A DNA stretch of 10,260 nucleotides from a virus. Lineage: Duplodnaviria; Heunggongvirae; Uroviricota; Caudoviricetes. Shown piece after piece: positions 5,237 through 10,260 of the stretch; position 1 is the stretch's first letter, and each line of letters opens with the position of its first letter. Under the pieces are notes generated by a model. That model worked only from the letters and a program-made list of their open reading frames with translations, ran no database searches and was not told where the DNA came from. A program made the translations under genes and the position numbers. The stretch covers positions 1-10,260 of IMG/VR virus record IMGVR_UViG_3300005660_000003; one strand, written 5' to 3'.

Positions 5237-5559
5237 ATTTGTCCGCTCGCTTGCATTGCTTGTGTTGTTAGTTTGTAAAGCCCCTCATGCTTAGTAGTTA
5301 AATACTTGACATAATTTTCAAAAATATCCCTAGTAACCTTAATAAAGGTTGGATTAATTAAACTTTTATTCATCTTGGTTTCATGATGAATTGGTTTAAG
5401 CCCCTCTACTCGTATGTAGTGCTTAGTGTTATCGTCCGACACCACCTCTTTTGCAACTATATTGTTCGCCACCTTTGTTTCATCACCATTGATATCATAC
5501 AAATAGTAAAAACTTTCATTGTGTTTTCCACCATAAATAAATTCTACTTGATCTACCAT
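5233..5559 (-). CDS. Hypothetical phage protein (108 aa; start reassigned to ATG 5559, MVDQVEF...)
   Basis: ATG lies 1 nt after the upstream stop (5561-5563). The track start at 5664 would overlap another gene by ~100 nt. Confidence 0.7.
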   Translation of the reverse strand: MVDQVEFIYGGKHNESFYYLYDINGDETKVANNIVAKEVVSDDNTKHYIRVEGLKPIHHETKMNKSLINPTFIKVTRDIFENYVKYLTTKHEGLYKLTTQAMQASGQI

Positions 5560-5560
5560 T

Positions 5561-5788
5561 TTAAATTTTTCTCTTATAAAAGACTCTTGGTTTACACATA
5601 ATTTTATTTTCATCAATAAATTCGAAATAATATTTATCATTACCAGAAAGCTTGGGGTACCCAATGAAGGTTTCTATTATTTCTTTACCACACACACACT
5701 GGACCTTAAAACTTACAATCTCTTCTCCACCGGAGTCTATGGCATACAACAACTCTTCTTGACACTTACTACAGGTTATAACGCTCAA
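5561..5788 (-). CDS. Small zinc-ribbon protein (CSKC...CVCG)
   Basis: Cys motifs; TTG start in a TTGA overlap with SD GGGGG. Confidence 0.7.
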   Translation of the reverse strand: MSVITCSKCQEELLYAIDSGGEEIVSFKVQCVCGKEIIETFIGYPKLSGNDKYYFEFIDENKIMCKPRVFYKRKI

Positions 5789-5997
5789 GTGGCCCCCAAT
5801 TCTTTAATTGCCGCTAATATAGCGGCAACTTTTGCCGCCACTTCTTCGGGCGAGCCCGGCTTTATTGTAATTAAGAAATTTTTTAGTCCAGCTTCCCGTT
5901 GGGCTTTTAGACCCACACTTTTTCCTAATTCTCCAGTGGTTTCTACCTCATGAACATATACGGATATAGATATTATTGCTTGATGGGCTTTACTCAA
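5785..5997 (-). CDS. Hypothetical protein (70 aa)
   Basis: TTGA overlaps at both ends; in operon. Confidence 0.6.
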   Translation of the reverse strand: MSKAHQAIISISVYVHEVETTGELGKSVGLKAQREAGLKNFLITIKPGSPEEVAAKVAAILAAIKELGAT

Positions 5998-6200
5998 AGG
6001 GATTTTCTTTCTACTAATTCATATTCTATAATGTCTATTTTTGACGCAGAAATATTATTATTATCTTTACAAAGCTTTCTTACTCTGCGGGCTTCAGCTA
6101 GTTCTTCAAACACTTTGGCGGACTTTTGTTTTGTTGACCACCTTTTGTTTTTGGTAAAAAAGTTATTTCCGATACGTTCTCGTATCATGTATACGTTCAC
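5994..6200 (-). CDS. Hypothetical protein (68 aa)
   Basis: GTG start in a GTGA overlap with the upstream stop. Confidence 0.65.
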   Translation of the reverse strand: MNVYMIRERIGNNFFTKNKRWSTKQKSAKVFEELAEARRVRKLCKDNNNISASKIDIIEYELVERKSL

Positions 6201-6523
6201 AATATTCCTTTCTCAATAAAATCCCGCATTTGTTTATTTGTATTTATGGCCTGAATCTTCTGCGTTCTGGATTGTGCATTTAATTTTTCTTCTGCCCCAA
6301 CACCAAAAGCCCGCTCCCTAGATAGTGGATTACGACGGTTGTTTAATTCTAGTAGTGAACCTACCGTGCGTGGGTCACACAGCTTAGAAATAATAGGCCC
6401 AGAAATAAGACGTTCTAAATCCCCATTACAGATAGGGCACTTTTCGTAGATTTCTGTATGATTTTGCAAGAATTCTATATCTCCACAAGATTCGCAGAGG
6501 TATTCTTTAGTTACTAGTGCCAA
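6197..6523 (-). CDS. FmdB-family zinc-ribbon putative regulatory protein
   Basis: EYLCESCG...EKCPICNGDLERLIS matches the FmdB-type CxxC-CxxC pattern. SD AAGGG before TTG. Confidence 0.75.
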   Translation of the reverse strand: MALVTKEYLCESCGDIEFLQNHTEIYEKCPICNGDLERLISGPIISKLCDPRTVGSLLELNNRRNPLSRERAFGVGAEEKLNAQSRTQKIQAINTNKQMRDFIEKGIL

Positions 6524-6557
6524 TTTAATTTTCCCTTAATTGAATTGTTTTTCTTAT

Positions 6558-6570
6558 TACTGTTACAGTA
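6558..6570. promoter_or_regulatory. Intergenic palindrome TACTGT-T-ACAGTA, possible operator
   Basis: Perfect 6-bp inverted repeat in the 68-bp gap upstream of the FmdB-like gene. Confidence 0.3.
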
Positions 6571-6591
6571 GGCATCTAAAATAGAAACGTG

Positions 6592-6927
6592 TTATGAAAC
6601 AATACAACCTTTTTCAAGATTCCCAATATAATCCGGTCCTTCGCCGTAAGATATAGCTATATTACGTGTAGCCCATAACGGTTGAAGATTTGTATAATGG
6701 AAGCAAATTTTCTGTTGCTCGGGATCTGAAAGATCAAAAGATGCACAAGGTTTTATATGATCTAAGTGCCATCCTTTGTCTCCGTGATTTTTCCAAGTCA
6801 TACCCTGAGTAAACTTTGACTCAATGTGTTCAATAAAAAATGATATATTACAACTTAATAAATTAAACGTTAAGTCCGATTTTGAGGCTTTATGATTTTT
6901 TAAGATTGCTCGTATTCTTTCTCTCAT
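6592..6927 (-). CDS. HNH-type (endonuclease VII-like) homing endonuclease domain, short and possibly N-terminally truncated
   Basis: [40 protein letters not shown] are hallmark motifs of this viral endonuclease family. No SD before the ATG. Confidence 0.75.
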   Translation of the reverse strand: MRERIRAILKNHKASKSDLTFNLLSCNISFFIEHIESKFTQGMTWKNHGDKGWHLDHIKPCASFDLSDPEQQKICFHYTNLQPLWATRNIAISYGEGPDYIGNLEKGCIVS

Positions 6928-6948
6928 CTTCTATAATATACTTCTCTG

Positions 6949-6962
6949 TTTTTGATCAAAAA
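6949..6962. promoter_or_regulatory. 14-bp perfect palindrome TTTTTGATCAAAAA overlapping a weak -35-like element upstream of the HNH gene
   Basis: Directly read. On the minus strand: TTTTGA-N17-TATTAT, then ATG 5 nt later (possible leaderless start). Confidence 0.3.
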
Positions 6963-6970
6963 ATTTATTT

Positions 6971-7576
6971 TCACTGAGTTTCCAGCTCTGCAAGGTACTT
7001 GAGGCAGATCTGAGACCACGTTTCAAATTCATCGATTTGCCCCACCAATTCTGACGGTGGTGCGAATCCTGCGTTTATCATCGACTTTTCACGGGGCTGA
7101 ACTTTGGGTTTGTCCAAATTGAAAATATGAACTATCCCAAGATGAACTTTCCCAACTTCTGTTTCATCGTCGTTGATTAACCCAACGCACTTTTCTGTCC
7201 AGTCTGCCTGAATCTCCACCTCTTCCTCAATCTCCCGTTTCATTCCTTCAAGATACGGAGACTGCACACCATCGAGGTCCAGTGTTGAGACATGGCCGCC
7301 GACGCCGACCGATCGCTTGGCGTGCAACCGCGCTTCTCCCTGAGCCGTTCCACGCTGATAGAAGAAGATCTCGCCGTTGCAACGAAACACGCAGTACGGG
7401 ATCAGCTGCTTGAAGGTGGGATCCTGCTCCATCTCAGGTCGAGGCCGATAGCTGGCGTGTTGCGGATCCAGAATCACCTGCAGGTAACGCTCGATGTCGC
7501 TGCTGAATCCCTGAAAATGACCGACCTGAAGAAAGACGGGAGTTGGAATGACCAAAACACGCTCATTTAACGACAT
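6971..7576 (-). CDS. NUDIX-family predicted phosphoesterase (YmaB/COG4112-like), cellular-type sequence
   Basis: [20 protein letters not shown], Nudix box [28 protein letters not shown] clearly higher than the flanks (spot counts 40-63% vs 23-30%). Confidence 0.88.
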   Translation of the reverse strand: MSLNERVLVIPTPVFLQVGHFQGFSSDIERYLQVILDPQHASYRPRPEMEQDPTFKQLIPYCVFRCNGEIFFYQRGTAQGEARLHAKRSVGVGGHVSTLDLDGVQSPYLEGMKREIEEEVEIQADWTEKCVGLINDDETEVGKVHLGIVHIFNLDKPKVQPREKSMINAGFAPPSELVGQIDEFETWSQICLKYLAELETQ

Positions 7577-7982
7577 ACTTTACTCCATCTAAAATCAAAG
7601 AGCTTATGCTTCTATGGTCTACTTGACGAATATTGTTGGTTGGCAAATCTAAATCAATCACTATACTTCTTCCCAAAATTGGTTCGCTCTTAATAAAATG
7701 CCCACGCAAGGATCTGTCAACTCCGTCCCCTTTAAGAAAAGTAACCGTAAATGGGCGAATTCCAGCCCCCATTAATTTTTCTACCACATGAGTGATGGGG
7801 CACTTTTCTTCATGGTTAAATTCGTCTGCTGACCACACATTGCCTATTTCTTCAAAGTAGTCGAGTGGGCACTCATATTCTTTTTGCCCACCTAGGTCTA
7901 ATACGGTGATAGCATCCTCAGACACCTTTGATATCTTGTAATAGCCCATTTCGCACACTATATCATTTTCTTTAATCTTCAA
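7563..7982 (-). CDS. Hypothetical protein with C-terminal WYL-like/DUF2693-type SH3 barrel (tentative)
   Basis: [17 protein letters not shown]...VIDLD...[13 protein letters not shown] pattern. SD TAGGAG before TTG. Confidence 0.55.
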   Translation of the reverse strand: MKIKENDIVCEMGYYKISKVSEDAITVLDLGGQKEYECPLDYFEEIGNVWSADEFNHEEKCPITHVVEKLMGAGIRPFTVTFLKGDGVDRSLRGHFIKSEPILGRSIVIDLDLPTNNIRQVDHRSISSLILDGVKYVVK

Positions 7983-7992
7983 GCTTGTTCTC

Positions 7993-8760
7993 CTAAAATT
8001 TAATTCCAGTTAATGATCCAATATATGTTTCACCCATTTGTTGGTATGGCGTTGTAGTCATTTTTAATCCTTCAAACACAGGTTTTTCATTAATCCATAT
8101 CCCCTTACTTTTATCTATAAATAAAATCGCCGCCAATACATCATGCATAGCTTTAGTTGGATCTAATTTATTAAAAAATGCCCGCACCCTTTGGTTCTCA
8201 GGAACCCATATCTTTTCAAGATGAGCCTTTGTAAACCCATGACAAACATTTTTACCAACAAAGTATTTAGACTTTATGTTTTCGGAATCTACAATTCTTT
8301 TAAAATCTTCTCTAGCACCAGAAGGATTGAATGATTGTACAGAGTGAAGATTTTTGAATTTTTCTAAAGGTCTGATGCTTTTGGGGCAATGCCCACCCTG
8401 AAAGAAGAGTTCGTTACAAGATAATTTATTTCCAATGTTTTTATGTGGGCCAATTATTAAGGCCCGGTCTACAGTTAGATCTAGCTCAGAAAGATCTTCT
8501 GTTGGCAATAAGCAGTTTCCAGAAAAATCTTTATGCTTACCATAAGAAAACTTTTCGTTATATTCCACATCTTTTGAATTATAAAGCTTGGGATATGAAA
8601 TATCGTATGAATTTATTATAGTGGTCAATATCTCATTTTGCTGTAGATGGCCGGGAGATAAACCAATTATATTTGGAACAGCATTATTTTCAATTAAGTA
8701 CGCTAAAGCAATAGCATCATCTGGATCATGTCCTAAGTCTGTATGTAGTAATATTTTCAA
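7993..8760 (-). CDS. Inosine/uridine-preferring nucleoside hydrolase family protein
   Basis: N-terminal TDLGHDPDDAIAL (DxxxDxDD Ca-binding motif), SFNP and MHDVLAA motifs. Confidence 0.75.
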   Translation of the reverse strand: MKILLHTDLGHDPDDAIALAYLIENNAVPNIIGLSPGHLQQNEILTTIINSYDISYPKLYNSKDVEYNEKFSYGKHKDFSGNCLLPTEDLSELDLTVDRALIIGPHKNIGNKLSCNELFFQGGHCPKSIRPLEKFKNLHSVQSFNPSGAREDFKRIVDSENIKSKYFVGKNVCHGFTKAHLEKIWVPENQRVRAFFNKLDPTKAMHDVLAAILFIDKSKGIWINEKPVFEGLKMTTTPYQQMGETYIGSLTGIKF

Positions 8761-9155
8761 AACTTATACCTCTTACTGGTGTCCGAAGTTGACTTGTCAA
8801 CTTCTATTGTTTCTAGTATATCCTTACTTAACCTGCTTATATTAAAGTCACCCCTACCTAATTCTAAAATGTGCGTAGATGAAGCCACCACCTTTTTCGC
8901 CGCGTCTAGCGGGGCATCCGCATCATACATTTTACCAAATTTATTCGGCTTTAGGTTTTTGCTTCCTTCAGTGGCATCCCAAATTATTGGTATGATTTCT
9001 ACACCTATCTTTGAGCTGGCTGCGAATTTAGCAGCCATCTTATGATCCAAGGAAACAAATTTAATAAAACCCTCAGTTTTAGCAACTTCTTCTAAGGTTG
9101 AACGCAGTTCTGCGTAATCTTCGAATTCACGATCTATGGAAAGGGCCACTTTCAA
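8757..9155 (-). CDS. Degenerate SLOG-superfamily (DUF2493/YspA-like) protein
   Basis: MKV...REFEDY.EL, PIIWD, NKFGKMYDADA follow the DUF2493 pattern, but the GSR, GAD and RN motifs are absent. Confidence 0.5.
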   Translation of the reverse strand: MKVALSIDREFEDYAELRSTLEEVAKTEGFIKFVSLDHKMAAKFAASSKIGVEIIPIIWDATEGSKNLKPNKFGKMYDADAPLDAAKKVVASSTHILELGRGDFNISRLSKDILETIEVDKSTSDTSKRYKF

Positions 9156-9937
9156 GTTTTGTACCTCTTCATAATTTCTATTAGAAATGGATCACGCACA
9201 ATATCATTTTCATGAAACTCTACGTAACCCACATCTCTCATTCCATAAAATCTATCTACTGCATCATCTAGACCACAAAGTTCCCCTCTATTAAGTCTTA
9301 TATCTATTTGATCTGGGTCGCCCATAATAACTAGCTTACTGCCTTCCCCAATTCTAGATATAAAACTTTTCATTTCGCCGACTGTGGTGTTTTGACTTTC
9401 GTCTAGAATACATATACTTCCTATTGGATTACCAGTTGAGTCATATCTTCCGAAGGTAGTCCCCCTAATATAGTTAAGAACCACTTCTTTAATTATACCA
9501 TTTTCAGTTAGATATTTACACCCTTCTTTACCAACTAGTTTTACTATATTATCATAGAAATGAGCAAAGTGTACGGCAGTTTTGTCACTAACCTCTCCGG
9601 GCAAATGTCCGAGACCCTTACCGGAGGTAATTTCAACAATGGGCTTAGTAAGAAAAATTTGATCTATGTTAAAAGAGGTGTCCTTGACTATGTTTATGGC
9701 TGCCGCTAAAGCACAAATGGTCTTCCCCACGCCAGCAACACTACGAACAAAAGTTATACGATTATCTAATATAGTATTATACAAGTCTCTTTGTTTGTTG
9801 TTTTTAAACTTGAAGATCAGCTTGGGTTGAGGACGTGTTGGAACATATTCTTGACTTGGGGCCTCTATTGCTCTACCATGAGCTGTTACGTGACGAGTTT
9901 GTGTTGGTTTTGGTCTTTTTGTTCTATGTCTGGTCAA
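9152..9937 (-). CDS. phoH: PhoH-family ATPase (phage type)
   Basis: SVAGVGKT P-loop, LGHLPG, YIRGTTF, ILDESQN, SRIGEGSKLVIMGDPDQID, DIVRDP. Confidence 0.92.
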   Translation of the reverse strand: MTRHRTKRPKPTQTRHVTAHGRAIEAPSQEYVPTRPQPKLIFKFKNNKQRDLYNTILDNRITFVRSVAGVGKTICALAAAINIVKDTSFNIDQIFLTKPIVEITSGKGLGHLPGEVSDKTAVHFAHFYDNIVKLVGKEGCKYLTENGIIKEVVLNYIRGTTFGRYDSTGNPIGSICILDESQNTTVGEMKSFISRIGEGSKLVIMGDPDQIDIRLNRGELCGLDDAVDRFYGMRDVGYVEFHENDIVRDPFLIEIMKRYKT

Positions 9938-9947
9938 GGTTATTCCT

Positions 9948-10259
9948 TTAAGGAAAGGGGTTGGTTATTATATTAGTAAACACTACTGGTGGTTTTAATT
10001 CACGGTCTTTATGTCTAACTAAAAGTTTAATATCTTTATATTTTCTAAAGTCTAGCCTTCGTTTGGCAAATTTTGTTTCGCATTCTTTTTTAAGCTTTAA
10101 AAAATCTACATCTGATATGTTGCTAAAATAATCGTACACATTCGCATCAAATTCAGTAGCGTAAGCCATAGCCAAAATGTGACTTTTACGCAAAGAAGCT
10201 GCGGGTTTAAAATCTGGCGAGGCTAATTTACTAAATAGTACAGGACTAGGAACCCACTT
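9948..10259 (-). CDS. Hypothetical protein, 5'-truncated by the window edge
   Basis: The frame stays open upstream of the track start at 10193 (KWVPSPVLFSKLASPDFKPAASLRK...). Its stop merges with the phoH SD (TAAAGGA). Confidence 0.7.
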   Translation of the reverse strand, partial: KWVPSPVLFSKLASPDFKPAASLRKSHILAMAYATEFDANVYDYFSNISDVDFLKLKKECETKFAKRRLDFRKYKDIKLLVRHKDRELKPPVVFTNIITNPFP

Positions 10260-10260
10260 T

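Larger units (their letters stand above)
3030..10260 (-). mobile_element. Segment of a large dsDNA bacteriophage genome (recombination / nucleotide-metabolism region)
   Basis: Uninterrupted co-directional, overlapping small ORFs. Divergent RecA and PhoH, FmdB-type zinc ribbon, HNH and PD-(D/E)XK nucleases. AT-rich. No structural genes in the window, so the phage call rests on gene content. Confidence 0.8.

Noticed and set aside
6558-6570. E. coli-type LexA box (TACTGT...ACAGTA)
   Set aside because: The spacer is 1 nt rather than 8, so it is not an SOS box; kept only as a generic palindrome.
6928-6933. TAG stop-codon reassignment suggested by the in-frame TAG before the HNH ORF
   Set aside because: TAG clearly ends the 7993-8760 gene (followed by SD and next start) and the 960-1244 gene; coding density is already high under the standard code.
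3330-9976. Plus-strand track ORFs within the phage operon (3330-3566, 4387-4614, 4852-5073, 5383-5601, 5759-5953, 5950-6219, 7292-7570, 8588-8845, 8779-9045, 9791-9976)
   Set aside because: Antisense shadows of well-supported, coupled minus-strand genes.
1-10260. Integron integrase gene or attI site
   Set aside because: No ORF with tyrosine-recombinase motifs (R-H-x-x-R-H-Y) or suitable size in the window; attI cannot be recognised by eye.
1-10260. tRNA, rRNA or rho-independent terminators
   Set aside because: No cloverleaf or rRNA motifs recognised and no GC stem followed by a U-tract found by eye; not computationally excluded.

Overview
The window has two parts. (1) Positions ~3030-10260 are an AT-rich (spot counts ~25-35% GC), gene-dense, minus-strand operon typical of a large dsDNA phage. 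It holds PhoH, a degenerate SLOG/DUF2493-like protein, a nucleoside-hydrolase-family protein, a WYL-like protein, an HNH endonuclease, an FmdB-type zinc ribbon, RecA/UvsX and a PD-(D/E)XK-like nuclease. One GC-richer, cellular-looking NUDIX gene (YmaB/COG4112-like) is embedded in it. (2) Positions 1-3035 are an integron-type gene-cassette array that the ORF track does not reveal. It has five complete attC sites (599-689, 873-963, 1201-1305, 2132-2222, 2946-3035) plus the R' tail of a sixth at 1-7. All five have AAC/GTT core boxes, 5-nt/6-nt spacers and extrahelical bases in the left arm. Each cassette's first 9-10 nt are complementary to the R'' end of its own attC. Most cassette ORFs are inverted relative to normal cassette orientation and therefore co-directional with the phage operon. 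Three of them stop at the R' box, two start from a shared SD+ATG motif inside the attC loop, and the last attC is fused to a phage stop/start overlap. No integrase or attI is visible in the window. Host assignment to Planctomycetota is inference from attC style and the NUDIX gene.
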